Origin: Nitrospirales bacterium
GTDB lineage: Bacteria; Nitrospirota; Nitrospiria; Nitrospirales; UBA8639
Assembly: GCA_965223295.1 (NCBI GenBank)
Contig: CBDCWC010000002.1
Coordinates: forward strand, 448,001-512,000
Direction: 5' to 3'
DNA length: 64,000 bases
Shown here piece after piece: positions 10,921-21,792 of the stretch. The first letter of the stretch is position 1. Every line of letters begins with the position of its first letter. The notes under the pieces were generated by a model. It saw nothing but the letters and a program-made list of their open reading frames with translations, was not told the origin of the DNA and searched no databases. Both the position numbers and the translations under genes were made by a program.

Positions 10921-11058
10921 ATGACCAACGTAGAGATAGACAATGTTTTATCCTATTAGTTGAAAATCTTTCAAGTCAAGAAAGGCTTAGCTGCGCAGGT
11001 ACGTGAATTGTAATTTCATCTGATGTGTGTGACAAGCGAACATGATGGGAGGACGGGC

Positions 11059-14000
11059 ATGATCGAACAGTTGGAGGAACTCTTAAATAATCGAATCCTT
11101 GTGCTGGATGGTGCGATGGGGACGATGATTCAAAACCATAAATTAGAAGAAGCTGATTTTCGAGGAACGCAATATGTCGATCATGTCTGTGATGTGAAAG
11201 GCAATAACGATCTGCTAGTGCTGACCCAGCCAAAGATTATTGAAGATATTCATGTGCAATACCTTCAGGCCGGCGCCGATATCATTGAGACCAATACTTT
11301 CAACTCCAATGCCATTTCAATGGCGGATTATCAAATGGAAGCATTAACGCATGAATTAAATGTGGCTGGGGCTCAAGTTGCAAAGCGGGCGGCGGCGAGA
11401 GTGATGGCGGAGCAGCCAGGCAGACACTGTTTTGTGGCGGGGGCCCTAGGTCCTACTAATCGAACAGCGTCGATGTCTCCGGATGTCAATAACCCGGCGT
11501 TCCGTGCTGTCACATTTGATGATTTATCTCAAGCCTATTACGAACAAGTCCGGGGCTTGGTGGAGGGTGGAGTCGACTTGCTGATGGTTGAAACCATCTT
11601 CGACACGTTGAATGCCAAAGCGGCGTTTTTCGCAATTTCTCAATACTGCGAAGAAATTCATCGCGAGATCCCAATCATGGCATCAGTGACTATTACGGAT
11701 TTGAGCGGACGGACGCTATCTGGTCAGCTTATTGAGGCATTTTGGAATTCTATCTCTCATGCCAAGCTTCTGAGTGTGGGAATTAATTGTGCATTAGGAG
11801 CAAAGCAAATGCGTCCTTATATTGCGGAACTCTCCAATGTGGCGCCGGTCTACATTAGTTGCTATCCCAATGCGGGGTTGCCGAATGCTTTTGGTGGGTT
11901 TGATGAAACCCCAGAACGAATGGGCGCAGACCTTCGAGATTTTGCCAGTCAGGGGTGGGTGAACATTGTTGGTGGTTGTTGTGGCAGCACGCCCGATCAT
12001 ATTCAAGCCATTGCGGAAGGGGTCAAAGGTTGCGCGCCGCACAAAAAAACGCATGTGCCGCGCATCACCCGCCTGAGTGGATTAGAACCCGTGTCCATTC
12101 GCCCTGAAGCGAACTTTGTCAATATCGGGGAACGCACGAATGTGACGGGCTCGCCAAAGTTTGCCAAGCTTATTCTTGGCGAAAATTTAGAAGAGGCGTT
12201 AGCCGTAGCTCGGCAGCAAGTAGAAGGGGGCGCGCAAATCATCGATGTAAACATGGATGAAGGCCTCCTGGATTCGGAAAAAGCTATGGTGGAATTTTTA
12301 CATCTCATTGGGTCAGAGCCGGATATCGCGCGAGTACCCATTATGATTGATAGCTCAAAGTGGTCGGTGATAGAAGCTGGGCTGAAATGTATTCAAGGAA
12401 AAGGCGTCGTGAATTCCATCAGCTTGAAAGAAGGAGAGGAAAAATTCCTTGAACAGGCTCGGCTGATTCAACGCTATGGTGCCGCGACGGTTATTATGGC
12501 GTTTGATGAAAGGGGTCAAGCTGATACCCTCGAACGAAAAGTCGAAATTTGTACCCGCGCGTATCGATTGCTTACCGGAAAATTAGATTTTCCGCCAGAA
12601 GATATTATTTTTGATCCCAATATTTTGACGGTGGCAACTGGGATGGAAGAACACAATGCCTACGCGGTGAATTTCATTGAAGCGACACGGCAAATTAAGG
12701 CCACCTTACCGTTCTGCAAAGTTAGTGGGGGAGTGAGCAATATTTCTTTTTCGTTTAGAGGAAATAATGTGGTGCGTGAAGCGATGCATTCGGCATTTCT
12801 CTATCATGCTATTAAGGCTGGATTAGATATGGGGATTGTGAATGCCGGCCAACTCGGTGTGTATGAAGAAATTCCCAAAGATTTGCTCACGTTAGTGGAA
12901 GACGTCTTGCTCAATCGTCGGCCTGAGGCGACGGAGGAATTGGTGGTCTTTGCCGAAACGGTGAAGCAGCAGGGCAAGACCGTCGTGAAAGATGATGTCT
13001 GGCGAAAAGGAACAGTTGAAGAACGGCTCTCCCATGCGTTGATCAAAGGTATCGTAGAGTTTATTGATGACGATGTTGAGGAAGCCCGTCAGAAACTCCC
13101 GAAGCCATTAGATGTCATCGAAGGGCCACTCATGGATGGCATGAATGTCGTGGGAGAATTGTTCGGTGCGGGAAAAATGTTTTTGCCACAGGTCGTCAAG
13201 AGCGCCAGGGTCATGAAAAAAGCGGTGGCCTATTTATTGCCGTTTATGGAGGCCGAAAAAAGTGCAGGTGCGAGTCAGAGTCAAGGGAAGGTTCTATTAG
13301 CAACGGTCAAAGGTGATGTTCATGACATTGGGAAAAATATCGTCGGGGTCGTTCTGGCGTGTAATAACTATGAAATTATTGACCTGGGCGTGATGATCCC
13401 ATGCGATCAAATACTCCAAAGGGCGCGAGAGGAAAACGTTGATATTATTGGCCTCAGTGGGTTGATCACGCCATCGTTGGATGAGATGGTCCATAACGCG
13501 CGGGAAATGGCCCGAGAAGGGTTTTCTGTTCCTTTGCTCATTGGTGGAGCCACGACCAGTAAGGCGCATACCGCCGTGAAAATTGCACCGGGTTATACCA
13601 GTCCGGTGGTGCATGTGCTGGATGCATCTCTAGCGGTGAATGTTGTGCGCAAGTTACTGAGCTCAGATGATAGGGCTGCGTTTGTTCAGGACATCCAGGA
13701 AAAACAACAGAAAACTCGGGAAGCCTATGAATCGAAAACGACAGCCAAGAAACTTGTTTCTTTAGAAGACGCCAGAAAAAATCGTGTGGCGATTGACTGG
13801 GAGGCAACCGACTTGGCCAAGCCGACTGTTCTTGGCGCGAAAGTTCTTGAAGATGTCTCGCTGGAAACCTTCGTTCCCGTTATTGATTGGTCGCCGTTTT
13901 TTCATGCGTGGGAGCTGCGCGGGAAATATCCTAAAATTTTCGAAGATCCAGTCGTAGGCTCAAAAGCCAAAGAATTGTTTGACGATGCTCAAAAATTGTT

Positions 14001-14739
14001 ACAAGAAATTATTGACAGCAAACTTCTCATCGCAAAAGGCGTCTATGGACTATTTCCTGCCAATAGTCAAGGCGATGATATTACGATCTATGAGAATGAG
14101 ACTCGTTCGAAAGGCTTGTCGGTTTTTCATACGTTGCGGCAACAAATTGAAAAGCCACAAGGAAATCCAAACTACGCCTTAGCGGATTTCATTGCTCCGC
14201 AGTCGAGTGGAAAGGCTGACTATATTGGAGGTTTTGCTGTCACGGCAGGTATTGGTATTGAAGCACTATGTCAGCGGTTTGAGAAAGATCACGATGACTA
14301 TCATTCCATTATGGCGAAAGCTCTGGCCGATCGTTTAGCTGAGGCCTTTGCTGAATGGTTGCATCGGGAAGTCAGAAAAATATGGGGCTTTGGGCAGGAC
14401 GAAAAGTTAACGAATCAAGAACTTATCCAAGAAAAATATCGTGGAATTCGTCCCGCGCCGGGTTATCCAGCCTGTCCGGATCATACCGAGAAGCAACATC
14501 TGTTTGAATGGCTCGAGGTTGAAAAGAATGCTGGTATCACACTGACCGAATCGTACGCCATGTATCCTGCTGCATCAGTGAGTGGGTTTTATTTTGCTCA
14601 CCCGCAAGCCAAATACTTCTCGGTAGGAAAGGTCAAGCATGACCAAATCCAAGACTATGCCAAACGGAAAAATATGGAAGTCTCAGAAGTGGAGCGCTGG
14701 CTTTCGCCGAACCTTGGTTATAATCCTGAGGAAATTTGA
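11059..14739 (+). CDS. metH: Cobalamin-dependent methionine synthase
   Basis: [25 protein letters not shown]12 motif [31 protein letters not shown] before 11059. Confidence 0.99.
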   Translation: MIEQLEELLNNRILVLDGAMGTMIQNHKLEEADFRGTQYVDHVCDVKGNNDLLVLTQPKIIEDIHVQYLQAGADIIETNTFNSNAISMADYQMEALTHELNVAGAQVAKRAAARVMAEQPGRHCFVAGALGPTNRTASMSPDVNNPAFRAVTFDDLSQAYYEQVRGLVEGGVDLLMVETIFDTLNAKAAFFAISQYCEEIHREIPIMASVTITDLSGRTLSGQLIEAFWNSISHAKLLSVGINCALGAKQMRPYIAELSNVAPVYISCYPNAGLPNAFGGFDETPERMGADLRDFASQGWVNIVGGCCGSTPDHIQAIAEGVKGCAPHKKTHVPRITRLSGLEPVSIRPEANFVNIGERTNVTGSPKFAKLILGENLEEALAVARQQVEGGAQIIDVNMDEGLLDSEKAMVEFLHLIGSEPDIARVPIMIDSSKWSVIEAGLKCIQGKGVVNSISLKEGEEKFLEQARLIQRYGAATVIMAFDERGQADTLERKVEICTRAYRLLTGKLDFPPEDIIFDPNILTVATGMEEHNAYAVNFIEATRQIKATLPFCKVSGGVSNISFSFRGNNVVREAMHSAFLYHAIKAGLDMGIVNAGQLGVYEEIPKDLLTLVEDVLLNRRPEATEELVVFAETVKQQGKTVVKDDVWRKGTVEERLSHALIKGIVEFIDDDVEEARQKLPKPLDVIEGPLMDGMNVVGELFGAGKMFLPQVVKSARVMKKAVAYLLPFMEAEKSAGASQSQGKVLLATVKGDVHDIGKNIVGVVLACNNYEIIDLGVMIPCDQILQRAREENVDIIGLSGLITPSLDEMVHNAREMAREGFSVPLLIGGATTSKAHTAVKIAPGYTSPVVHVLDASLAVNVVRKLLSSDDRAAFVQDIQEKQQKTREAYESKTTAKKLVSLEDARKNRVAIDWEATDLAKPTVLGAKVLEDVSLETFVPVIDWSPFFHAWELRGKYPKIFEDPVVGSKAKELFDDAQKLLQEIIDSKLLIAKGVYGLFPANSQGDDITIYENETRSKGLSVFHTLRQQIEKPQGNPNYALADFIAPQSSGKADYIGGFAVTAGIGIEALCQRFEKDHDDYHSIMAKALADRLAEAFAEWLHREVRKIWGFGQDEKLTNQELIQEKYRGIRPAPGYPACPDHTEKQHLFEWLEVEKNAGITLTESYAMYPAASVSGFYFAHPQAKYFSVGKVKHDQIQDYAKRKNMEVSEVERWLSPNLGYNPEEI

Positions 14740-14795
14740 CTTGAATCACGAAATGTGGCTGTCACTAGCTAGGTTGGATAGGCGAGTGTTGGTTG

Positions 14796-14818
14796 TAAAA
14801 GGTGTCTGACACCTTTTA
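14796..14818. repeat. Perfect palindrome TAAAAGGTGTC-T-GACACCTTTTA between convergent genes (REP-like or bidirectional terminator)
   Basis: 11-bp arms with 1-nt spacer, seen directly. Confidence 0.6.
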
Positions 14819-14827
14819 TGGGGGGAG

Positions 14828-15055
14828 TTATTCGGGGTCGGAGTAGCGGTTTCCGGCTTCGCCAGACCAACTGGAATGTCCAATCTCTTGAGATTCCCAG
14901 AGGGCTTGAATTTCCTGGTCGGCAAGCTCAGCTTCTTTTTCTTGTAAGACCTCTTCTCCATCCACGATTTGCATGTTCTGCGTTTCACCGTTGGCTCGGG
15001 TCGGCTCTGGCCCTCGGCCGCGCGGGGTGTTTTTGGGTAGGACATTAATTGGCAT
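14828..15055 (-). CDS. Small acidic hypothetical protein (75 aa)
   Basis: ATG preceded by AAGGT; co-oriented 26 bp after the 15082-15609 gene. Confidence 0.45.
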   Translation of the reverse strand: MPINVLPKNTPRGRGPEPTRANGETQNMQIVDGEEVLQEKEAELADQEIQALWESQEIGHSSWSGEAGNRYSDPE

Positions 15056-15081
15056 AATGATTACCTTAGCAGGGTTTCTGC

Positions 15082-15609
15082 TTAGGTTTCCACCAAAACA
15101 GCTTGAAGGTCTTCTTTCTGCTCAGCTATGTCTGGTTGACTTTGACTGCTCACAATCTGAAGCGCTGAGGCAATCCACCCGAATCGTTCTTCTGCCCATT
15201 CATTGAACGCTGTGGAGTGTTCAAAAACCAAATCCCAGGCAGGGGCGGAATCGAGTAATAACAATTGGTGAGGCTGGTTGTGTCCTGGATAGTAGACGAC
15301 CAAGACCGCTGATTTTCCCATCAAACTGATGTCGGTGAACATGTGAATCATGGCCTTTGATGGCATGTTTACGGTCCGTGAGGCCGCTTCGACTATCGGA
15401 CCATAGATGTGATGTAAGAATTGTTGAATGGCTTCATAGGGGGACTTTGAATGGTGCAAGTGTGTGTTAGGTGGTTCCCCAATAAGATTGTTGGTCAGGT
15501 ATTCGAGGGCTTCAGCGGCTGGCATGGCTCCCGAGTTGACGAGCGAATCCATGATGTACGACATCCAATTTCTTGATTTAGGCACAGCAGTCATAACTTG
15601 ATTCCTCAT
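15082..15609 (-). CDS. Hypothetical protein
   Basis: 175-aa ORF with strong AGGAG RBS. Confidence 0.7.
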   Translation of the reverse strand: MRNQVMTAVPKSRNWMSYIMDSLVNSGAMPAAEALEYLTNNLIGEPPNTHLHHSKSPYEAIQQFLHHIYGPIVEAASRTVNMPSKAMIHMFTDISLMGKSAVLVVYYPGHNQPHQLLLLDSAPAWDLVFEHSTAFNEWAEERFGWIASALQIVSSQSQPDIAEQKEDLQAVLVET

Positions 15610-15934
15610 AGGCGCTCCTTTTGTGTTGAAAAGGAAGGCAGTTAGTTGTGGGTAACGGAGTCTACTTCTTAGGCGGGACCATGTAACATATTGAGTCCAT
15701 TATAATAATAGCTTGTTCCATTTGGGTCAATTTTGAGCCATAGATTCTTGAGCATCTGATTTTAAGTATGCTCTTGACCATCCATTTTTAGAGGACTTAG
15801 AATGCACAATCGCTATGTTAAAAAATAATGCAAAATCAAAGAGTTACTTTCTTTCATCAGCATTTGATTGCTCGTTGTTTTTCTCGGATATTTCCCAGTA
15901 AGAGATAACTCATATTTTTACCTAGGGACTGTAG

Positions 15935-17830
15935 ATGAGAGTCAATTATGATAAAGGCGGCCTGATTAGTCCTCTTCGTGTTCAATCCTCTTCAACCACG
16001 AAGGCCAGCAGTTCAGGCAAAAAAGCCAAAGTCATGCTAGTGTTTCCTCCCGATTGGTACCCCTCTGAGCCGTACTTGAGTCTTCCCACGTTAACGGCCT
16101 TTCTGCGTGAGGCTGGGCATGAGGTGGTTCAAAAGGATGTGAATCTCGAAATGTATGATTGGTATTTTAGCGGGGATTTTCTCAAGCATGTCTTGAAAAA
16201 AGTCCCGCGGCAGTTAGATCGCTTGAAAAGAATCGCTCGTGATCGAGAGCTAACCGATGCAGAAGTGGAGTTGCAACTGGCGTTGTGCGACTGCACTCGT
16301 AGTCGCATTGCAGAACTCACAGAAAAAGCTGAACAAGCCAAACGGATTGTGCGGACACCGGAATTTTATGACAGTGAGAAATTGGAATGGGCCATTGCAG
16401 TATTTCGAGAAGTAACTGCCACGATTTCTCTTGTGTATTCCCCTGCAAGAATTTGCATGCCGCCGATGGAAACGGATTTATCTTATAAGCTCTTTATGTC
16501 ATCGGAAGTGTTAGACGCGGTTCAGGATACGCAAGTGAATGTGTATCGTGATGTCTTTGAGCATATTCTGAAACCGGCGATTCTTGCTGAACAACCGGAT
16601 GTGATTGGGATTTCCATTGTTCTCCGGCAACAACTATTTTCTTCCATGACGTTTTGTGCGCTGATCAAAGAACATTTCCCCAGTATACATGTCACGATTG
16701 GCGGCAATACGGTCACGCGATTTCGTGATGTATTGCCGAATATCCCCAAATTATTTGCGTTATTTGATAGCGCGATTGTGTATGAAGGGGAAACGGCTTT
16801 ATTGCGATTAGTGGAGGGTATTGCTAATAAGACAGAGCTTTTGCATGTGCCCAATCTCATGTTTAGAGATGATGCTGGGATTCATGTGAATAGTGAAACG
16901 TTTGCTGAAAATATGGGTGCGTTGCCGCCGCCGGATTTTGACGGGTTACCGTTGGAAAAGTATTTTGTGCCGGAACCGATCTTGCCATATTTGGCCACTC
17001 GGGGTTGCTACTGGGGACGATGCGAGTTCTGTGATCATGGCGAAGGTTATACGGCTGGATATCGGACGAAGAAAGATTGGCAAATTATTGAAGAGCTAAC
17101 GTTGCTGAAGCAGAAATATCAGGCCCGGCATTTTCATTTTACCGATGAATCCTATCCCCCGGCCCTCTTTCGTAAGATCACCAGAAAATTGGTTGAGACA
17201 AAATTGGATATCGCTTGGACCACGCATATTCGATTTGAGAAAAGTCTCTTAGATGATCAAGTTTGGCGAGATGCCCAAGAGTCGGGATGCAAATATTTGC
17301 ATATGGGCTATGAATCGGGAAGTGAGCGGGTGTTGCAATTGATGGATAAGGCGACCACGACTGAAATTATCCAACAGAGTTTAGAGTTATCTTCTCGACA
17401 TGGTGTGTGGAATCATGTGATGGGTTTCTTTGGGTTTCCTGGAGAAACCTATGAAGATGCCAAATTCTCTACCCAATTCTTGGAAGATAATCGGGAACAT
17501 GTCCATTCTATTGGATTTGGGACATTTGACTTGAGTCGTCATACGCCAGTAGCCCAAAATCCTGAAAAATTTGGCGTCACCTTCTACAAAAATCCTGACT
17601 GGGATTTAGCTATGGATTATTACTTTACCGTGAAACAGGGCTTGAGTATCGAAGATGCTGAACGTGTCTTTGAAGAATTTGAACAAGACCATTATGCGGG
17701 TTGGGATTTGAAAATTTTTGTCCGTGAATATGTGTTCCTCTATGTCTCGCATTTTGGTTCGAACAAGTTGCCAGCGTTGCAATTTCAACTAGGCTCAGAA
17801 GATCCCTCCTCTCACCTTGCTTCTGTCTAA
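15935..17830 (+). CDS. B12-binding-domain radical SAM protein (class B methyltransferase-like), paralogue 1
   Basis: PYLSLPTLTAFLR..GHEV.QKD.N and DVIGISI B12-domain motifs; TRGCYWGRCEFC CxxxCxxC. Confidence 0.9.
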   Translation: MRVNYDKGGLISPLRVQSSSTTKASSSGKKAKVMLVFPPDWYPSEPYLSLPTLTAFLREAGHEVVQKDVNLEMYDWYFSGDFLKHVLKKVPRQLDRLKRIARDRELTDAEVELQLALCDCTRSRIAELTEKAEQAKRIVRTPEFYDSEKLEWAIAVFREVTATISLVYSPARICMPPMETDLSYKLFMSSEVLDAVQDTQVNVYRDVFEHILKPAILAEQPDVIGISIVLRQQLFSSMTFCALIKEHFPSIHVTIGGNTVTRFRDVLPNIPKLFALFDSAIVYEGETALLRLVEGIANKTELLHVPNLMFRDDAGIHVNSETFAENMGALPPPDFDGLPLEKYFVPEPILPYLATRGCYWGRCEFCDHGEGYTAGYRTKKDWQIIEELTLLKQKYQARHFHFTDESYPPALFRKITRKLVETKLDIAWTTHIRFEKSLLDDQVWRDAQESGCKYLHMGYESGSERVLQLMDKATTTEIIQQSLELSSRHGVWNHVMGFFGFPGETYEDAKFSTQFLEDNREHVHSIGFGTFDLSRHTPVAQNPEKFGVTFYKNPDWDLAMDYYFTVKQGLSIEDAERVFEEFEQDHYAGWDLKIFVREYVFLYVSHFGSNKLPALQFQLGSEDPSSHLASV

Positions 17831-17843
17831 CCCCTAGGAAGGG

Positions 17844-19817
17844 ATGCCCATGCCTGAAACTCTCATTGACATTGACGGGCTGGCATCGACCAGCAAGCCT
17901 CGGCGGACCTTTAAGACGATGCTGCTGTTTCCGCCGGAATGGGTGCCGACGGCTCCTTACCTGGCGCTCCCCAGCCTTACCTCTGTCCTCCGCTCCTATG
18001 GCCACGAGGTCATTCAAAAAGATATTAACATTGAAATGTATGATCTATTTTTCACCGATACCTTTTTGATTTGGGTGAAAATGCGCATGGATCAACAGCG
18101 CCGGGAGCTGGAAGAGAGAGAAGTCCGGCAGCAATTATCCGATGTCGAGCATGAGCGACTGGCCTGTCTTCGTGCGCAAGATCACATTGACGTGATGGAC
18201 CTAGCTGAACAGGCAGAGGAAGCCAAAGGTATTGTGCGGGGTGAAGCCTTTTACGAAGCTCCGAAGTTAGAGGGCGCGCTGAATACCTTTCGGGATGTGA
18301 TGCAGTTTATTTCTGCCGCCTATTTTCCAGCTTCTCTTGTGTTTTATCCGATGGAAAGCAATTTAGGGTATCGCTCCGGCGTGTCCACCGAAGTCCTGGC
18401 CAGTCTAGAAGATGAACAGGTGAACATCTATCAGGATGTTTGTCGACAACTAGTGCTCCCGGCCATTCAAAAAGAACAGCCGGATGTAGTGGGTATCTCC
18501 ATTGGTACGCAAATGCAATTGTTGGCTGGTATGACTTTTGGCAAGATGATTAAATCGGAGTTTCCGAATATTCATGTGACCGTTGGTGGTAATGTCATCA
18601 CACGGTTGCAGGAAGATCTTCCTAAGCAGAAAAAATTTTTTACGACCGTGTTTGATACAGCCATTCTCTATGAGGGTGAGCATGCGTTGGTTTGGCTTCT
18701 GGAAGCTCTAGCCGGAGAACGATCCTGGGAACAAGTCCCTAATCTTATGTGGCAACATGATGGACGAGTGATTGTTAATAAGGAAATTTATACTGAAAAA
18801 ACTACGGCGTTGCCCCTGCCGGATTTTGATGGGTTGCCCCTGGATATGTATTTTGTGCCAGAACGGATTTTGCCTTATCTGGCCACGAGAGGCTGTTATT
18901 GGGGACGTTGTACGTTTTGTGATCATGGCCAAGGGTACTTTGATCAGTATCGTGGCAAACCGGCGCAGGATGTGGTTCGGGAAATTAAAGCGTTGCAGGA
19001 AAAATATGATGCCAAGCATTTTCTGTTTTCAGATGAATCCTATCCACCTGCTTTGTTGAAAAAAGTTACCCAGTTGCTGATTCAGGAAAAGGTGCAGATT
19101 AAGTGGACGACGCTGATTCGGTTCGAGGAGACGTTACAAGACCCCGAGATATGGAAGCAGGCTGTCCAAGCGGGCTGCTGTACGCTGTATTATGGAATGG
19201 AATCGGCCAATGAGCGCGTCTTGGAACTCATGGATAAACATGCTAAGAAATCGGTGATTGAGAACAATTTACGGGAAGCGGCTAAGGCGGGTATTTGGAA
19301 TCATGTGATGGCTTTCTATGGTTTTCCAGGCGAAACACAAGATGAGGCTGAGGAAACCCGTCAATTTTTGCTGGATAATAAGCGGTATATTCATTCAGTG
19401 GAGCTCTTTTACTTTGTGGCCTACCGGCATACGCCAATGGTACGAAATCCTGAGAAATTCGGCATCACGATCCATAAACAAGACGAATATGATATGCCAC
19501 TGGATTACTACTATACGTTGAATGAGCCAGGTGGGTTGACCTGTTTAGATGCTATGAAGATGGCAGAGGAGTTTTATCAAAAAGACTTCGAGCCCTGGGC
19601 GGTTCGGGTGAATGCCCGAGAACATGTCTTTCTCTATATTTCGAAATATGGCAGTAACTATCTCCCCCAAATTTATGCGATGAAAGCGGGGCAAGAAGAA
19701 CCTCGCACAGATGGAGTTCATGGTCTTGTGACTTGGCCTGTTGCTCACGGGCCTGCTGAGAATGATGGCTCTGGAGAGTCTGGTATGTCACGCGTTGTGA
19801 GTCACGCGTCTCCTTAG
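17844..19817 (+). CDS. B12-binding-domain radical SAM protein, paralogue 2
   Basis: Same architecture; TRGCYWGRCTFC; 13 bp after paralogue 1. Confidence 0.9.
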   Translation: MPMPETLIDIDGLASTSKPRRTFKTMLLFPPEWVPTAPYLALPSLTSVLRSYGHEVIQKDINIEMYDLFFTDTFLIWVKMRMDQQRRELEEREVRQQLSDVEHERLACLRAQDHIDVMDLAEQAEEAKGIVRGEAFYEAPKLEGALNTFRDVMQFISAAYFPASLVFYPMESNLGYRSGVSTEVLASLEDEQVNIYQDVCRQLVLPAIQKEQPDVVGISIGTQMQLLAGMTFGKMIKSEFPNIHVTVGGNVITRLQEDLPKQKKFFTTVFDTAILYEGEHALVWLLEALAGERSWEQVPNLMWQHDGRVIVNKEIYTEKTTALPLPDFDGLPLDMYFVPERILPYLATRGCYWGRCTFCDHGQGYFDQYRGKPAQDVVREIKALQEKYDAKHFLFSDESYPPALLKKVTQLLIQEKVQIKWTTLIRFEETLQDPEIWKQAVQAGCCTLYYGMESANERVLELMDKHAKKSVIENNLREAAKAGIWNHVMAFYGFPGETQDEAEETRQFLLDNKRYIHSVELFYFVAYRHTPMVRNPEKFGITIHKQDEYDMPLDYYYTLNEPGGLTCLDAMKMAEEFYQKDFEPWAVRVNAREHVFLYISKYGSNYLPQIYAMKAGQEEPRTDGVHGLVTWPVAHGPAENDGSGESGMSRVVSHASP

Positions 19818-19819
19818 GT

Positions 19820-20010
19820 GGGTCTGTTGAAAAAAGTCGCCAGCGACGTTCTCGCCATTTTTCCGTGCTCACGTAGGACCAGTACGCTCCGCGCGCAAAA
19901 ATGGCTGTGGCCTTGCTGGACGGACTTTTTTGAACAGACCCGAGGCCTCTGACATGTGACACCGCAGAGGCTAAATGTGGCCGTTGATATCATCATTATT
20001 CAACAGTCCC
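19820..20010. mobile_element. MITE family A copy 1 (191 bp)
   Basis: TIRs GGGTCTGTTGAA / TTCAACAGTCCC; 5-bp direct repeat TAGGT on both flanks. Confidence 0.85.
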
Positions 20011-20090
20011 TAGGTCTTTTGTCTAGCTGAAAACATTGTTGTAGCCTTACTCGCATTCGAAATGACGGAATAATCTAGTGGAGAAGCCGG

Positions 20091-20354
20091 TTAGGGGTTT
20101 TGTTGAATATCTAAGTGGGTCAATAGTAGTTGGTAGGCGGCGTGAATCTCTTTTGTCTTCGCCTCTCCTTTTTTATACATTTCCATGTATTTCGCTGGAT
20201 TGTTGGTGAGGCCTGCATAGCGTGATGGATACCAAGTTCTCCGAGCTTTTTCATATTGTTGAGTCAAGGTCTCTTTCGAAAATGGTATCGTGAGATCCAA
20301 TAGATGGATTGCTTCTTCGAGGCCGGGAGTTGGTGATAGATTTTGGTCAGTCAC
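20091..20354 (-). CDS. Small J-domain-like protein lacking HPD (YPS instead)
   Basis: J-domain helix pattern: LL.L...FS...L...Y......WYP.R......KTKEI.AAY.LL. Confidence 0.6.
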   Translation of the reverse strand: MTDQNLSPTPGLEEAIHLLDLTIPFSKETLTQQYEKARRTWYPSRYAGLTNNPAKYMEMYKKGEAKTKEIHAAYQLLLTHLDIQQNP

Positions 20355-20472
20355 GGGGATTGTATCTTTGTAGTTCGATCGGTAAGAGCCTTCAAGTTTT
20401 TCAAAGATTTAAGTGCCATGTCAATCTGCTTGGGGCCATGCCTTTAGAAGAGGGAAAATTTTTCGGCCTACG

Positions 20473-21711
20473 ATGTCTCGTGAACTTCCCATTTTAGAAG
20501 CCCCCAAGCTATTTGCGGCTCAGAACTACCGTGATGTCTTGAAGCGGGAGATGGATGGTGGGAAAATCCCTCTAAGTTTGGGAAAGAAATGCCCTGTTCA
20601 ATGCGAATTTTGTTACGAATTAGATCATTCTTATCGAGAAACATTAGATCCTCCAAAAACGACGCAGGAAGACTGGGAGTTTATGTTGAATTACATCAAT
20701 TCCCTCCCAACAGATCCCTTGCAGTTTTGGTGTTTGGGTGGGAATGAGTTTATGGAATGGACGGATCTTTTTCTCCACCCCAAAGCAATGGAATGGTTGG
20801 AAGACTTTTTAAAACACACAGATAAGAATGTTCAGTTTTTTACTGTCGGGTTTGTGCATGTACCCAAGATTCATCGATTAGTGGACCAATATCCTGGGCG
20901 CATTAATTTTGAGTTGTCCGTCATTACGCTCGGGGAGTACCGGCAGAAGCTGATGCCTCATGCTCCTTCGGTCAAACATTTAATGAAAGTGTTAGATGGG
21001 CCTGCCGTTTCCGCAGCTAATTTTTACGCATTTGATCAACATACGATGTCAGAAGATGCCAAAACCATTTCCCGAATTAATCAACAATGTGTGTTGTGGA
21101 TGGGTTGTTTAACGCCCGTAGGCGGTATCAATGACTCCACCAAGACTCTCATGCGGCAAGGCCGACGGTATCTGCCTCTTGAAGCGGAAAAAATCTATGA
21201 TGCGGGTCTGCCGAATTCAACCACAATCCATACTGAAGCCTATGTGACGGCTTTTTTGAACCGGCAGAGAATTATCAGTCTGTTTGATTCTTTGGAATTG
21301 GAAAAGCGAGATTCTGTCGTGACAGCAGGAAGTGTGTATAAAGTTTTGAGAATGTTTCGAAAGAACCGGGCCAAATTTTTGCATGTTCCCAATGCCACGT
21401 TGGGTGGAGATTCCGACTGCACGGTCCTCTTAACCCTGAATGATATTGCCAAGCGGTTGACCAACGAAAGAGTTCTTTATCTTCCCCAATGCGTGTTAGA
21501 GTCTGGAAGAGGACAAGGACGAGATATTGCTGGCGTGCATGTCGATGAGTTTGTGAAAATGACTGGCGTCAAAGTACGAATGCTGCGAAAAATAGACACC
21601 AAATTTGCGAATAATCGGTTGTATCGAAATGGCTCGTTAAAAAATTATGTGGAAGATTATGTACGAAACCCCCTCACACGTTCCTATGAAGCCTTTCCTT
21701 TGACAGCTTGA
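20473..21711 (+). CDS. Radical SAM protein with DUF512-like C-terminus
   Basis: CPVQCEFC motif; C-terminal N.TLGG...CTVLLT.NDI...LYLP resembles DUF512. Confidence 0.75.
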   Translation: MSRELPILEAPKLFAAQNYRDVLKREMDGGKIPLSLGKKCPVQCEFCYELDHSYRETLDPPKTTQEDWEFMLNYINSLPTDPLQFWCLGGNEFMEWTDLFLHPKAMEWLEDFLKHTDKNVQFFTVGFVHVPKIHRLVDQYPGRINFELSVITLGEYRQKLMPHAPSVKHLMKVLDGPAVSAANFYAFDQHTMSEDAKTISRINQQCVLWMGCLTPVGGINDSTKTLMRQGRRYLPLEAEKIYDAGLPNSTTIHTEAYVTAFLNRQRIISLFDSLELEKRDSVVTAGSVYKVLRMFRKNRAKFLHVPNATLGGDSDCTVLLTLNDIAKRLTNERVLYLPQCVLESGRGQGRDIAGVHVDEFVKMTGVKVRMLRKIDTKFANNRLYRNGSLKNYVEDYVRNPLTRSYEAFPLTA

Positions 21712-21792
21712 TAGCAGAATGTTTTCCAGGATGAGTCCCTAGAACGAGCGTTAAATTGTTTTTGTAAGGTTTTTTCATCCGACGGATATTCG

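Noticed and set aside
19814-19996. Short ORFs at 19814, 33131/33138, 45081/45260, 46606 and 62771 (several with similar KKSVQQGRSHF-like peptides)
   Set aside because: They are translations of the MITE/palindromic repeats, not supported genes
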